NCBI GenBank assembly: GCA_965237865.1
Contig: OZ250164.1
Span: forward strand, 2,440,142-2,504,141
Length of the DNA stretch: 64,000 nucleotides
Direction of reading: 5' to 3'
Source of the DNA: Dehalococcoidia bacterium
GTDB taxonomy: Bacteria > Chloroflexota > Dehalococcoidia > UBA2979
Shown here: positions 26,530 through 36,498 of the stretch, in pieces
Layout of the letters: every line of letters starts with the position of its first letter
Position numbering within the stretch: position 1 is the stretch's first letter
Translations under genes and position numbers: made by a program
Notes under the pieces: model-generated
What the model saw: only the letters and a program-made list of their open reading frames with translations
Databases searched by the model: none
What the model was told of the DNA's origin: nothing

Positions 26530-27435
26530 CTACCCGACCAGCGTGAGCAGCACCGTCAGCGTCGCCACGCTCACCAGCGTCGAGGTCACCACCGAGCGCG
26601 TCACGAACTGCGGGCGCACGTCGAACTCCGTCGCCACGATCGTCGCGATCACCGCCGTCGGCATCCCGCCGAGCACGATCACCACGTCGCGCGTGACGCC
26701 CTCGAGGCCCAGCGCCAGCGCCGCGCCGAGGGCGACCAGCGGGCCGAGCAGCAGCCGCAGCGCGGATGCCGCGGCGCCGTCCGCCAGCTCGCCGAGGTCG
26801 CCGAGGCCGCGCCCCAGCTGCAGCCCGAGCACCACCAGCATCGCCGGCACGGCGGCGTCCGCGAGCGTCGCGATCGGGGCCTCGATCGTGACCGGGAGAT
26901 CGACGTCCAGCCCGTTCGCCGCCAGGCCGAGCGCGGCCGCGTAGAGCGCCGGGTAGCCGAACGGCGCGACCAGCGCGCGCCTCGACGAGCCGCTCGGCAG
27001 CGTTACGATCACGATCCCCACCGAGGTGACCAGCGTGGCGTTGACCACCCAGGTCAGCACCGCGACCTGCACGCCCGCCTCGCCGAAGGCGAGCAGCGCG
27101 ACCGCGATGCCCATGTTGCCGGTGTTGAGCGAGGTGACCACCAGCGCGAAGGCCGCGCGCTGCGGCGGTTGGTGCCTCACCAGCAGCGACCAGGCGCTCG
27201 CGGCCGCGTAGCCGACGACGTAGATGATCACGGCGACCGCCGCGATCCGCAGCGAGAGCCCCGCCGCCAGCTCCGAGTTCGCCAGCGAGTCGTAGACCAG
27301 CGCCGGCGTGAAGAGGAAGAAGACGACCGCCGAGAGCGGCTCGGCGGGCACCCCTCGCCAGCGCCCGACCACCGCACCGAGCGCGGCGACGAGCATGACG
27401 GGCAGCACGACCTCGAAGAAGACGCTCAGCACGGC
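26530..27435 (-). CDS. AEC family transporter (auxin-efflux-carrier/malate permease-like)
   Basis: About 10 TM helices, typical AEC composition. Probable GTG start 27435 with a GGAGG RBS; the ORF extends to 27471. Confidence 0.7.
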   Translation of the reverse strand, partial: AVLSVFFEVVLPVMLVAALGAVVGRWRGVPAEPLSAVVFFLFTPALVYDSLANSELAAGLSLRIAAVAVIIYVVGYAAASAWSLLVRHQPPQRAAFALVVTSLNTGNMGIAVALLAFGEAGVQVAVLTWVVNATLVTSVGIVIVTLPSGSSRRALVAPFGYPALYAAALGLAANGLDVDLPVTIEAPIATLADAAVPAMLVVLGLQLGRGLGDLGELADGAAASALRLLLGPLVALGAALALGLEGVTRDVVIVLGGMPTAVIATIVATEFDVRPQFVTRSVVTSTLVSVATLTVLLTLVG

Positions 27436-27554
27436 ACGCCTCCGCAGCGCTTCGCAGGCGCCGCCCGCCACGCGCGATCACGAGTCCGACGCGCACGCCC
27501 CCGCCAGGACGCGCGCCTCGGCGCCCTGCTCGCGCGTGCGGGCCGGAGCGTTCC

Positions 27555-28553
27555 TCAGCGAAAGGCCGGCAGCACCTGCTCGCCGACGGCGCGCAGCGTC
27601 GCGTTGTGGTCCTCGAGCGACTCGGCGTTGATGCCGATGCTGAGCTTCGTCGCGCCGAGCGCGAGCTGCTCCTCGATCAGGCGCGGGGCGTCGGCGAGGG
27701 TGTCCTTCGAGATGCGGGCGGTGAGCCAGATCCCGAGCGGCTCCTCGCGCGCCTCGATCGCCTCGCGTTCGCGTTCCAGCGCCTCGGCCATCCAGGCGTA
27801 GGTCTTGGAGTGCGGCACGTGGATGCCGGGGTGCTCCTGCCCCAGCGCCTGGACCAGCTCGGCGTAGGGATCGACGGGGCCGCCCTCGTCGGTGCTGCCG
27901 ATCGTGAAGTCCGTGCTGCCGGCGTCCCCGGAGAGGCCGTGCCCGACGATCGGGCCCCAGCCCGTCCCGTAGCGGATCGCGCGCCGCAGCGCGCGCAGGT
28001 TGCCGCCGTGAATCCAGACCTCCGGATGCGGCTTCTGGACTGGGAACGAGGCGAGCTTGACCTCGCTGAAGCTGACGTGCTCGCCGGAGAACGAGGCGTA
28101 CTCGTTCGTCCACAGCTCGATCATCGCCGCCAGGTACTCGTCGGCGATCGCGCCGCGGTTGGCGAAGTCCAGGCCGAGCGTGTCGTACTCCTCGGCGAGG
28201 TAGCCGGCCGCAAGGCCGATGCAGAGGCGGCCGCCGGACAGCTTGTCGATCGTGGCCAGTTCGTTCGCCATCACCGCGGGGTTGCGGTAGGGGATGTTGA
28301 TCGTCGCCGAGGCGATGCCGATCCGCTCCGTGTGGGCCGCGAGGAAGCCGAGCAGCGGCATCGGGTCGTAGCTGTTCGTCGCGTAGGAGGGCTGCCACGC
28401 GGGCGGCTCGAGGAAGTGGTCGTAGACCGCGATCTCGTCGAAGCCGACCTCCTCGCCGATGTGGGCGATCTCGACCAGCGACTCCGGGCTGATCCAGTCC
28501 GGGTTCATGAACTTCAGGTAGATCGGCGTGGTAAACGAGAACTGGAGCGCCAT
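27555..28553 (-). CDS. LLM class flavin-dependent oxidoreductase
   Basis: 332 aa, luciferase-like TIM-barrel signatures (VAVYDHF..., SGGRLCIGLAAG). Confidence 0.8.
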   Translation of the reverse strand: MALQFSFTTPIYLKFMNPDWISPESLVEIAHIGEEVGFDEIAVYDHFLEPPAWQPSYATNSYDPMPLLGFLAAHTERIGIASATINIPYRNPAVMANELATIDKLSGGRLCIGLAAGYLAEEYDTLGLDFANRGAIADEYLAAMIELWTNEYASFSGEHVSFSEVKLASFPVQKPHPEVWIHGGNLRALRRAIRYGTGWGPIVGHGLSGDAGSTDFTIGSTDEGGPVDPYAELVQALGQEHPGIHVPHSKTYAWMAEALEREREAIEAREEPLGIWLTARISKDTLADAPRLIEEQLALGATKLSIGINAESLEDHNATLRAVGEQVLPAFR

Positions 28554-28684
28554 CGCGAACCCCCTTGCGCGGCGTCACTATACATGGCGCGCGAGAGGCG
28601 CCGGACGGGCGCCGCGGGGTGCTAGAGTGAGCGCTGGCCCCCGAGGACAGCACGGGCCTCGAGGGCGTGCCGGAGGTTGCGGTC

Positions 28685-29152
28685 ATGCGCACGGAGATTC
28701 AGTACAGGGGCGACGGCATGGCGCGGGTCTCGCTGCTCTTCCGCCGCGAGGGACGGGACCCCGAGGACATCTGGATCCGCTCCGAACTGGAGCGCTACCC
28801 GGTCCCGCCCAAACGCACGCTCGAGTGGGAGCGCCAGGGCGAGCAGTTCGACGTCATGCAGTACGGCCAGTGCGTCATCGGCGGGCTGATGTACGACATC
28901 GAGAAGCACCAGATGCTCTGCGACCGCATCCGCGAGCTGTGCGGCGACGAACTGGCCTCGGGCATGCCGGACGCCAATGAGCGCGAGGTGCTGGTCTCCG
29001 AGGCCGCGAGGGAGTTCCACGGCGCGGCGAAGATCAGCTGGGACGAGCACGACCGCAAGTCCGTGGCGATCGACGAGCCGCCGCTGCGGGCGCGCGTGCT
29101 CGAGCTGATCGAGTCGGGCGTTGAGAGCGAGGACGCCGCGGCGCCCGCGTAG
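28685..29152 (+). CDS. hypothetical protein
   Basis: ATG 28685 with a GGAGG RBS 8 nt upstream (alternative GTG 28667). Protein-like composition, no recognisable motif. Confidence 0.5.
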   Translation: MRTEIQYRGDGMARVSLLFRREGRDPEDIWIRSELERYPVPPKRTLEWERQGEQFDVMQYGQCVIGGLMYDIEKHQMLCDRIRELCGDELASGMPDANEREVLVSEAAREFHGAAKISWDEHDRKSVAIDEPPLRARVLELIESGVESEDAAAPA

Positions 29153-29196
29153 GCGGGCGGCGGGCGAGCACGCGGAAGCAAGAGACGGAGGACGGC

Positions 29197-29400
29197 ATGG
29201 CGATTCAGGTGCAGCTGCGGGACGACGGGCCCTACATCATCCGCGGCACGGACATCGAGGTGCTGGACGCGGACGGCAACGCGCTCCCCTACGAGGGCAG
29301 TGCGGTCGCGCTCTGCCGCTGCGGCCAGTCAGACAACAAGCCGTTCTGCGACGGCACGCACCGCCCGGCCGGCTTCGAGAGCGCCCCGCGCGCCGAGTAG
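29197..29400 (+). CDS. CDGSH iron-sulfur domain protein
   Basis: CRCGQSDNKPFCDGTH matches the CDGSH-type [2Fe-2S] motif. Good RBS (GGAGGA). Confidence 0.8.
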   Translation: MAIQVQLRDDGPYIIRGTDIEVLDADGNALPYEGSAVALCRCGQSDNKPFCDGTHRPAGFESAPRAE

Positions 29401-29409
29401 TCCTGAGTC

Positions 29410-29850
29410 TCATCCCCGAGAGAGGGGCGCGGGCACCCGCTCTCCCCGGGGGGTGAGGGCCACGCCATACTTCCGAGGGCCAAGGAGCCTTCGAGGGCAG
29501 GCGCGCGTCTCCTGTGGGGGGCGCAGCCCCCCACGCCCCCATCCCGGACGAGCACGCGCTGCGCGCCGCTCCGGGCCCACCCACCCGCCCTCGGATTTTC
29601 TTTCTGTGGGGGCAGAGCCCCCACACCCCCGCCGGATCAGCGCACGCGGCGTGGCCTTCGCGGGCGCACCGAACTCCCGATGGCGTCCGGCTCCCTCTCC
29701 CCGAGTGGGAGAGGTGGGGGTGAGGGGTCCGCCGCGCGCCAGCGCGGCCAGCGAGGGCAGACGAGACCTTCGAGGGCAGGCGATGACGGAAGACCGGTCC
29801 AGGGCCAGGGCGCTCCGGCTCCCTAACCCCAGGGAGAGAGGGGGCCGGGC
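29410..29850 (+). repeat. dispersed mosaic repeat element, copy E (full, core 29514-29632)
   Basis: Core GGGGGGCGCAGCCCCCCACGCCCCCATCCCGGACGAGCACGCGCTGCGCGCCGCTCCGGGCCCACCCACCCGCCCTCGGATTTTCTTTCTGTGGGGGCAGAGCCCCCAC, plus hairpin and GTGAGGGG modules. Confidence 0.85.
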
Positions 29851-29888
29851 AGCACCTCGCCCGTCCTCGTAGTCCCGCGCCGCGCCCG

Positions 29889-30482
29889 CTACTTGCGGAC
29901 GCCGCCGAAGGGAAAGTGTGGCGACCCGGGGAAGCGCAGGAAGCCGGGGTCCGGAGGCGCGAGCGTGCCGATCGGACGCTCGGCGCGCTCGATCGTGACG
30001 AAGGCGCGGGGGGCGATCGAGCGGATCGCGCCGAGCACGCGCCGCAGCCCGCGGCGGCGCACCAGCAGCGTCGAGACCTCGACCGGGCCCTGGAGCCCAT
30101 GGCCCTCGATGCGCGTCACGCGGTAGCCGCGGTCGCGCAGCCGTGAGGCGACATCGATCGCCGGGTCGTTGTTGATCACCTGCACGAGACGGTACCCGAG
30201 CGCGATCCGCTCCTCGATCCAGCCGCCGAGCAGCACGCCGCAGGCGAACCCCGCGGCATAGCCGACGATCAGCAGCGGGTTGCCGAGGTGCGTCACCACG
30301 CCGCCGGTGGCGGCCAGCCAGATCGCCACCTCGATGAAGCCCAGCAGCGCCGCGATCCAGCGCGATCCGGCGACGAGCAGCACGATCCGCAGGGTCCCGA
30401 TCGTGGTGTCCACGATGCGGGCCCCGAAGATCAGGAGGGGCAGGACCAACAGTTCGAATTCCACGGGTGCTTCTCGCCGCAA
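29889..30482 (-). CDS. UPF0316/DUF2179 family membrane protein
   Basis: N-terminal TM segments and a C-terminal DUF2179-like domain (YRVTRIEGHGLQGPVEVSTLLVRRRGLRRV). Confidence 0.6.
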   Translation of the reverse strand: MRREAPVEFELLVLPLLIFGARIVDTTIGTLRIVLLVAGSRWIAALLGFIEVAIWLAATGGVVTHLGNPLLIVGYAAGFACGVLLGGWIEERIALGYRLVQVINNDPAIDVASRLRDRGYRVTRIEGHGLQGPVEVSTLLVRRRGLRRVLGAIRSIAPRAFVTIERAERPIGTLAPPDPGFLRFPGSPHFPFGGVRK

Positions 30483-30611
30483 TGGGCTACTGCGAAGGCG
30501 CTATGAATACGTTCGCTCTCCCGGTGCTGGCGCGCAAGGGGCGGCGCTCAGGCGTGCGCGCGGCTAGACTGCGCGCCGCGTCGCACGTGTCCTGCGGGAG
30601 GGGCGGACGGG

Positions 30612-30989
30612 ATGCCGGAGCAAGCTGCCGAGGGGCCGATCGAGCGGATTAGCGCGGTCACCCTGACGACCGCGGACATGGCGCGCGCCGTCGAGTTCTA
30701 TGCCTCGCTCGGGTTCGTGCTGCGTTACGGCGGGCCGGACGCCGGCTTCACCAGCTTCATCTTCGCCGAGGGCTACCTCAACCTGATCGCCGAGGGCGAG
30801 CCGCCCGGCTGGTGGGGACGCGTGATCTTCTACGTCTACGACGTCGATGCGCTCTACGCGCGGGCGCTGGAGCTCGGCTACGGGCCGCAGGCGCCGCCGC
30901 GCGACGCGCCCTGGGGCGAGCGCTTCTTCCACCTCACGGACCCGGACGGGCACGAACTGAGCTTCGCCTCGCCCCTCCGGCCGGCGTAG
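30612..30989 (+). CDS. VOC family protein (glyoxalase/bleomycin-resistance fold)
   Basis: 125 aa ending ...GERFFHLTDPDGHELSFASP, typical of VOC proteins. Confidence 0.75.
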   Translation: MPEQAAEGPIERISAVTLTTADMARAVEFYASLGFVLRYGGPDAGFTSFIFAEGYLNLIAEGEPPGWWGRVIFYVYDVDALYARALELGYGPQAPPRDAPWGERFFHLTDPDGHELSFASPLRPA

Positions 30990-31005
30990 GAGCAGCGCTC
31001 GGGGG

Positions 31006-31794
31006 CTAGCGCCCCTCGTGCTCCACGATCAGCCGCGCGAGGTCGTCCGGGCGCTCCAGCTCGAGCCAGTGACCCGCGCCGTCGAGGACCTCGAGGCGCG
31101 CGTTCGGCAGCTTCTCGGCGTAGAGCGCGCCGCTGTTGACGGGCACCACCGCGTCCTCGCTGCCCCACGCCACCAGCGTCGGCGTGTGCACGCTCGGGAG
31201 CAGATGGGGCAGCGCCATGTTGTGCATGTACGGCTTCCAGCCGACGCGGGTCGTCATCTCGCGGTTGATGTCCCAGACCATCAACTGATCGATGTCCGAT
31301 TCCTCGCCGAACATCTCCTCGAAGGTTCCCTCGGCTGCGAAGCCCGTGCGCACGTAGTCCTCGTGGCTCACGAGGAACTGGTCGAAGATCTCGCCCTGCT
31401 CGGGCTTCATGCCCATCGCGGCGGCGAGGGTGAGCTTGTTGATGCGCGCCTGCGCCGTGGTGGCGAGCTCGGCGGCGACGTAGCCACCGAAGCCGAGGCC
31501 GACGACGCTCGCCGCCGGGAGATCGAGTTCGTCGAGGGTGAGGCCCGCGAGGGCCACGATGTCGCGCACGTTGCGCGCCCACTCCGGGCGCACCGACTTG
31601 CCGAATCCCGGTAGATCGGGGAGGTAGACCGTGAAGCTCTCGGCGAGGCGCTCGTAGAAGCTGGTCCAGGCGTGCGCGCCGATGTCGTGATGGATCACGA
31701 AGAGCGGGGCGCCGCTGCCGCCCGTGCGGACGAACACCTCGCCGCCCGCGACCTCGACCGTCAGCTCCTGGTGCGTCATCGAGGCAGTCGTCAT
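31006..31794 (-). CDS. alpha/beta hydrolase
   Basis: HHDIGAHAW..., nucleophile elbow VGLGFGGYVA (GxGxG), C-terminal GHWLELERPD. Confidence 0.8.
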   Translation of the reverse strand: MTTASMTHQELTVEVAGGEVFVRTGGSGAPLFVIHHDIGAHAWTSFYERLAESFTVYLPDLPGFGKSVRPEWARNVRDIVALAGLTLDELDLPAASVVGLGFGGYVAAELATTAQARINKLTLAAAMGMKPEQGEIFDQFLVSHEDYVRTGFAAEGTFEEMFGEESDIDQLMVWDINREMTTRVGWKPYMHNMALPHLLPSVHTPTLVAWGSEDAVVPVNSGALYAEKLPNARLEVLDGAGHWLELERPDDLARLIVEHEGR

Positions 31795-31998
31795 TCTGCT
31801 TCCCCCAGCCTTCGCAGCAGCCTCGGCGCCCGTGCGTCATCGAGCGGGGCGGCTGCCTGCCCATAGTGCCGCGCCGAATCGCCTGGCGCGAGCCTGCCGC
31901 TGCGTCGCGGCCCACGTTGTACGCGCGTGCGCCCGCCAACATACACTCTCGCGGGGGCTCACGATGCGCCCTCGTGGCAGCGAGCCCAGGGAGGCGAC

Positions 31999-32535
31999 AT
32001 GGAGACGATGGCACAACGCTCGTTCCTCGAGCGGGTAATCGGGGCGGCGCGGCTCAACAGCAGCGTCTACGAGGAAGTCGAGCACGACCGCGACGGCACG
32101 AAACAGGCCGCGGTGCTCGTGGTCCTCGGCTCGATCGCCGCGGGCATCGGAGCGATCGCCGACGGCGGGATTCTAGGCCTCGTGTACGGGGTCGTGTTCG
32201 GACTGCTGGCCTGGGCGGTCTACGCCTGGATCACCTACTTCATCGGAACCCGCCTGCTGGCGGGTTCGGAGACGAGCGCGGACTGGGGCGAGCTCGCGCG
32301 CACCCTCGCCTTCGCGAACGGGCCGCGCTTGCTGCTGGTGATCGGCATCGTGCCGGTGCTCACCGAGTTTGTCAGCACGATCGTGGGCCTCTGGGTGCTG
32401 ATCGCGACGGTCGTGGCGGTGCGCGCCGCGCTCGACATCGGCACGGGGCGGGCGATCGCTGTGGCGCTGATCGGCTGGATCCCGTTCGCCATCATCATGA
32501 GCATCGCGTACGCGCTCGCCGGCGGCGTCGCGTAG
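31999..32535 (+). CDS. Yip1-domain membrane protein
   Basis: ATG 31999 after a GGGAGG RBS. 4-5 TM helices with a Yip1-like composition. Confidence 0.55.
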   Translation: METMAQRSFLERVIGAARLNSSVYEEVEHDRDGTKQAAVLVVLGSIAAGIGAIADGGILGLVYGVVFGLLAWAVYAWITYFIGTRLLAGSETSADWGELARTLAFANGPRLLLVIGIVPVLTEFVSTIVGLWVLIATVVAVRAALDIGTGRAIAVALIGWIPFAIIMSIAYALAGGVA

Positions 32536-32593
32536 CGCCGCGCGGCCGCGCGCGGACTCGCGCGCGAGGAGGCGAGCGGAGGACGGGGCACCG

Positions 32594-33823
32594 ATGACCG
32601 CGAGCGAGCAGGCGGCGCAGAGCGAAGGCGCGCGCGCCGCCACGCAGGCGAACGAGGCGCGCGCCGCCGCCGCGGTGCAGACCGGCGCGACCTGGGAGGA
32701 GGCGTGCGACGCCGTCCTCGCCGCGCTCGACCTCGACACCAAGCCGGACCTCGCGCTCGTCTTCGTCGATTCGCGCTTTGCGGACGACTACGCCGCCGTG
32801 CTGGAGCGCCTGCGCACCGCAACCGGCGCGCGGCGGCTGGCCGGGGCGAGCGGGATGGGCGTGATCGGCCCAGGCCACGAGGCCGAGGACCAGCCCGCGA
32901 TCTCGCTGCTCGCGCTCAGCCTGCCCGGCGCCACGATCACCACGCTCGCGATCGGCTCGAACGACGCCGCCGCCGCCGCGCTCGACCGCATCGAGGCGGC
33001 GTCGGCGCAGGCGTGGCTGCTGTTCGCCGACCCCTTCAGCACGGACGCCGAGTCGCTGATTGGCGCGATCGGCGAGCGCAAGCCGGGCGCGACGATACTC
33101 GGCGGGCTCGCCTCGGCGCAGCCGATGCAGCGCAACACCGCCGTCTTCCTCGACGGCGCGGTGCGCGAGTCCGGCGCCGTGCTGGTCGGCATCGGCGGCG
33201 CCTTCGGCATCCACACGATCGTCGCGCAGGGCGCGGAGCCGATCGGCCAGCCGTGGACGGTCACGGAGTGCGAGGGCAACGTCGTGCGCAGCATCGGCTC
33301 GCGGCCCGCGCTGGAGGTGCTGCAAGAGACGCTCGCCGCGCTGGACACCGCGACGCGGGAGCGGGCGCAGCGCAACCTGCTGGTCGGCCTCGCGATGGAC
33401 GAGTACCGCCATCAGCATGCGCGCGGGGACTTCCTGATCCGCAACATCCTCGGCGGCGACCGCGAGAGCGGCGCGATCGCGATCAACGCCACGCCGCGCG
33501 TGGGACAGACGCTGCAGTTCCAGTTCCGGGACGCGGAGGCCGCCGACCTCGATCTGCGCGAGCATCTGCGGGTGCTGCGCACGCGGCTCGCGCCGGGCGA
33601 GCAGGTGCTCGGCGCGCTGCTCTGCTCCTGCAACGGGCGCGGACAGGGCCTCTTCGGCGAACCGCACCACGACGCGCAGGCGCTGGAGCAGGCGCTGGGC
33701 CCGACGCCGACCGCCGGGATGTTCTGCAGCGGCGAGATCGGCCCCGTCGGCGGCAAGACCTTCGTACACGGCTTCACCGCCAGCATCGCGCTGCTCACCT
33801 CGCGCGGATCCGGGAAGCGATGA
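32594..33823 (+). CDS. FIST (FIST-N/FIST-C) signal-transduction domain protein
   Basis: 409 aa, FIST N- and C-domain layout (...LLCSCNGRGQGLFG...GMFCSGEIGP). Confidence 0.65.
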   Translation: MTASEQAAQSEGARAATQANEARAAAAVQTGATWEEACDAVLAALDLDTKPDLALVFVDSRFADDYAAVLERLRTATGARRLAGASGMGVIGPGHEAEDQPAISLLALSLPGATITTLAIGSNDAAAAALDRIEAASAQAWLLFADPFSTDAESLIGAIGERKPGATILGGLASAQPMQRNTAVFLDGAVRESGAVLVGIGGAFGIHTIVAQGAEPIGQPWTVTECEGNVVRSIGSRPALEVLQETLAALDTATRERAQRNLLVGLAMDEYRHQHARGDFLIRNILGGDRESGAIAINATPRVGQTLQFQFRDAEAADLDLREHLRVLRTRLAPGEQVLGALLCSCNGRGQGLFGEPHHDAQALEQALGPTPTAGMFCSGEIGPVGGKTFVHGFTASIALLTSRGSGKR

Positions 33824-34857
33824 CGCGGATCGTCGTCACCTTCGCCCTCGAACCCGAGCACGCCGACCGGATCCGCGCCGCCGACCCCGGCCTCGAGGTC
33901 TCCGTGCTCGGCCAGGACCTGCTCGCCGCGCTGCGCGGCAAGCGGCGCTTCCCCAGCGAGCGCCAGGCGGCGACACCCCTCGATGAGCTCGAGACGGCGC
34001 TCGCCGATGCGGAGGTGCTGTTCGGGTTCTGGGGTGGCGCGCTGCCGAGCCTGGTGTGCGCCGGGGATCTGCCGGAGAAGCTGCGCTGGGTGCAACTCAC
34101 CTCGGCGGGCACGGATCGCGTCGACCCCGCGCTGATCCGTGCCGGACTGACGTTCACGACCGTGAGCGGGCTGCACGCCACGCCGATCGCCGAGTCCGTG
34201 CTCGGCTACATGCTGATGTTCGAGAAGGGCTGGCCGGCGCTCTGGCGCAGGCAGGCAGAGCACACGTACGACCGCATGATCGTGCCGAGGATCCTCGCCG
34301 GCCGGACCGTCGGCGTCGTCGGCATGGGCGCGATCGGGCTCGAGTGCGCGCGGCTCGCGAAGGCGCTCGGCTGCCGCGTGCTCGGCATCCGCCGCTCCGT
34401 CGCCGAGCGCGGGCCGGACACCGTCGCCGACGAGGTGCTCCCGCCGGGCGCCCTCGACGAGCTGCTGGCGGAGAGCGACCACGTCGTGCTGGCCGTGCCG
34501 CTCACCGAGGAGACGCGCCGCATGATCGGCGCGGCCCAGCTGCGCACGATGGGCGCGCGCGCCGAGCGCTCCTACCTGATCAACATCGCGCGCGGCGAGG
34601 TCGTCGACGAGACGGCGCTGACCGAGGCGCTGCGCGAGGGCGTCATCGCCGGCGCCGCCCTCGACGTGTTCGAACGCGAGCCGCTGCCCGAGGACAGCCC
34701 GCTCTGGGAGCTGGACAACGTGATCATCACGCCGCACATCAGCGGCGGAGTCGCGAACTACAACGAGCTGGCGACCTCGATCTTCTGCGACAACCTGCGC
34801 CGCTACCTCGACGGCGAGCCGCTGCGCAATATCGTCGACCCCGATCGCGGCTACTGA
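33820..34857 (+). CDS. D-isomer-specific 2-hydroxyacid dehydrogenase (NAD-binding)
   Basis: ATGA overlap with the FIST gene. GVVGMGAIGLECARLAKALGCRV Rossmann motif. Catalytic R/E/H arrangement (NIARGEVVDE...TPHISG). Confidence 0.85.
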   Translation: MTRIVVTFALEPEHADRIRAADPGLEVSVLGQDLLAALRGKRRFPSERQAATPLDELETALADAEVLFGFWGGALPSLVCAGDLPEKLRWVQLTSAGTDRVDPALIRAGLTFTTVSGLHATPIAESVLGYMLMFEKGWPALWRRQAEHTYDRMIVPRILAGRTVGVVGMGAIGLECARLAKALGCRVLGIRRSVAERGPDTVADEVLPPGALDELLAESDHVVLAVPLTEETRRMIGAAQLRTMGARAERSYLINIARGEVVDETALTEALREGVIAGAALDVFEREPLPEDSPLWELDNVIITPHISGGVANYNELATSIFCDNLRRYLDGEPLRNIVDPDRGY

Positions 34858-34869
34858 GGGAGGTTGCGG

Positions 34870-35700
34870 ATGGCCGGGCTCGAGTTGACCGGGTTCGAGG
34901 GCAAGGTGGCGATCGTCACCGGCGCGGGCCGCATGCGCTCGATCGGCCGCTGCATCGCCGTGGAACTGGCGAAGGCCGGCGCGCACGTCGCCGTCACCGG
35001 CACGGGCCGCCCGCCCGAGCGTTACCCCGACGACGAGAAAGAGGCTGGCTGGCGCGACATCCACTCCGTCGCCGAGGAGGTCGAGGCCGCCGGGCGGCGC
35101 GCGCTGCCGCTGGTCAGCGACGTCAGCGACCCGGAGGCGGTGCAGACGCTGCTCGATCAGGTGATCGAGGAGTTCGGGCGCGTCGATTTCGTGATCAACA
35201 ACGCGGCGTTCGCGCGCGGCCCGGACCGCATGCCCGCGGTCAAGCTCCCGATCGACGTGTGGCAGCGGGTGATCGACGTGAACCTCAACGGCACGTTCTA
35301 CATGTCGCACTACTTCGGGCAGCGCCTGATCGAGCAGGACGAGGGCGGCGCGATCGTCAACATCTCCTCGGTAGCGGGGAAGCGGCTGAGCGTGAACGCC
35401 TCGGCCTACGCCTCGAGCAAGGCGGGCATCCACGCGCTGACGGGCTGCATGGCGGGCGAGATGGGGCGCTATAACATCCGCGTGAACACGATCTGCCCCG
35501 GCACCGTCGACACCTTCCGTATGGACGACATCCCGCGCGGCCGGGTCTGGGACGAGCGCGTGGCGGCGAGTACGCCGCTGGGGCGCGCCTCGGACGGCTC
35601 GGACATCGCCTGGATGGCAGTCTACCTGTGCAGCGACCAGGGCAACTGGATCACGGGCCAGAGCATCAACGTCGATGGCGGCGCGGTGGTGCAGCACTAG
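34870..35700 (+). CDS. SDR family oxidoreductase
   Basis: VTGAGRMRSIGRCIA, NNAA, YASSKAGIHAL. Confidence 0.8.
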   Translation: MAGLELTGFEGKVAIVTGAGRMRSIGRCIAVELAKAGAHVAVTGTGRPPERYPDDEKEAGWRDIHSVAEEVEAAGRRALPLVSDVSDPEAVQTLLDQVIEEFGRVDFVINNAAFARGPDRMPAVKLPIDVWQRVIDVNLNGTFYMSHYFGQRLIEQDEGGAIVNISSVAGKRLSVNASAYASSKAGIHALTGCMAGEMGRYNIRVNTICPGTVDTFRMDDIPRGRVWDERVAASTPLGRASDGSDIAWMAVYLCSDQGNWITGQSINVDGGAVVQH

Positions 35701-35735
35701 CCTGGACTGCTTCCGGGCGGCTGCCGCGGCTCAGG

Positions 35736-35990
35736 CTATCTCGTGCCTCGCAGGCGAGGATCGAGCACGTCCCGGAGCCCGTCCCCGAACATGTTGAATG
35801 CGTAGACCGTGAGGGCGATGGCCAACCCGGGGAAGAGCGCCAGGTACGGGTGCCTCGTCATCTCCTGCTGCGCGTCCTGCAGCATGCGGCCCCAGGACGG
35901 GAACGGCGGCGGAATCCCCAGGCCGAGGAATGAGAGCGTCGACTCGATCAGGATGACGAACCCGATCTGCACGGAGATGCTCGATCGACT
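35736..35990 (-). pseudogene. C-terminal fragment of a peptide ABC transporter permease (DppC/OppC-like)
   Basis: LSFLGLGIPPPFPSWGRML...FNMFGDGLRDVLDPR corresponds only to the last ~80 aa of a permease. No upstream remainder. Confidence 0.6.
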
Positions 35991-36027
35991 GCCCGGGCCA
36001 CCCGGCCGGCAGGGCTCCGTGCCGGCT

Positions 36028-36363
36028 CAGCTTCGAGGACACCTCGAACCCGGCCGCGTCCAGCTTCGAGGTGTTGTAGACGACCTCGTCGAGGGAGTCG
36101 CGGTCCAGGGCCAGCGAAATCGCCCGGCGCACGCGCACGTCCGCCCACGGCGCGCTGCCGTCGCGCGGGTCGCCGAAGGCCAGGAAGCCCCAACCGAGCG
36201 CCTTGTAGGGCCAGATCTTGAGGGCGTCCCCGACCTCTTCCTGGAGCTCTGGCAGGGAGTTCGGATCCTGGTTCCCGGCGTAGTCCACGTTGCCGGACTT
36301 GAGCTGCACCAGACGGTTCGCTGAGCTCGGAATGACCGTGGCTTCCACGCCGTCGAACCAGGG
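36028..36363 (-). pseudogene. family-5 ABC substrate-binding protein gene, distal fragment (separated from its 5' part by IS21)
   Basis: FTPWFDGVEATVIPSSANRLVQLKSGNVDYAGNQ... continues the SBP reading frame that stops at the IS21 right end. The frame degenerates after ...FEVSSKLS. Confidence 0.55.
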
Positions 36364-36498
36364 TGTGAATCGCCAGGATCTATTTACCACCAAACGGCGA
36401 GATCGCCAGGGTCTTTTGACCACTTCGCCAGGGTCTATTGACCACCCGGGCCGCCGGTACGGCCAGCATCGTCTGCATCCCCAGGGAAGGGAGCAGCG

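Noticed and set aside
32704-34857. 717-aa ORF and 10543-12339 598-aa ORF reported as single long proteins
   Set aside because: They are composites. Real genes start at internal ATGs with RBS (33820 for the 2-hydroxyacid dehydrogenase, 11761 for the MOSC protein). Upstream portions are out-of-frame read-through of neighbouring genes.
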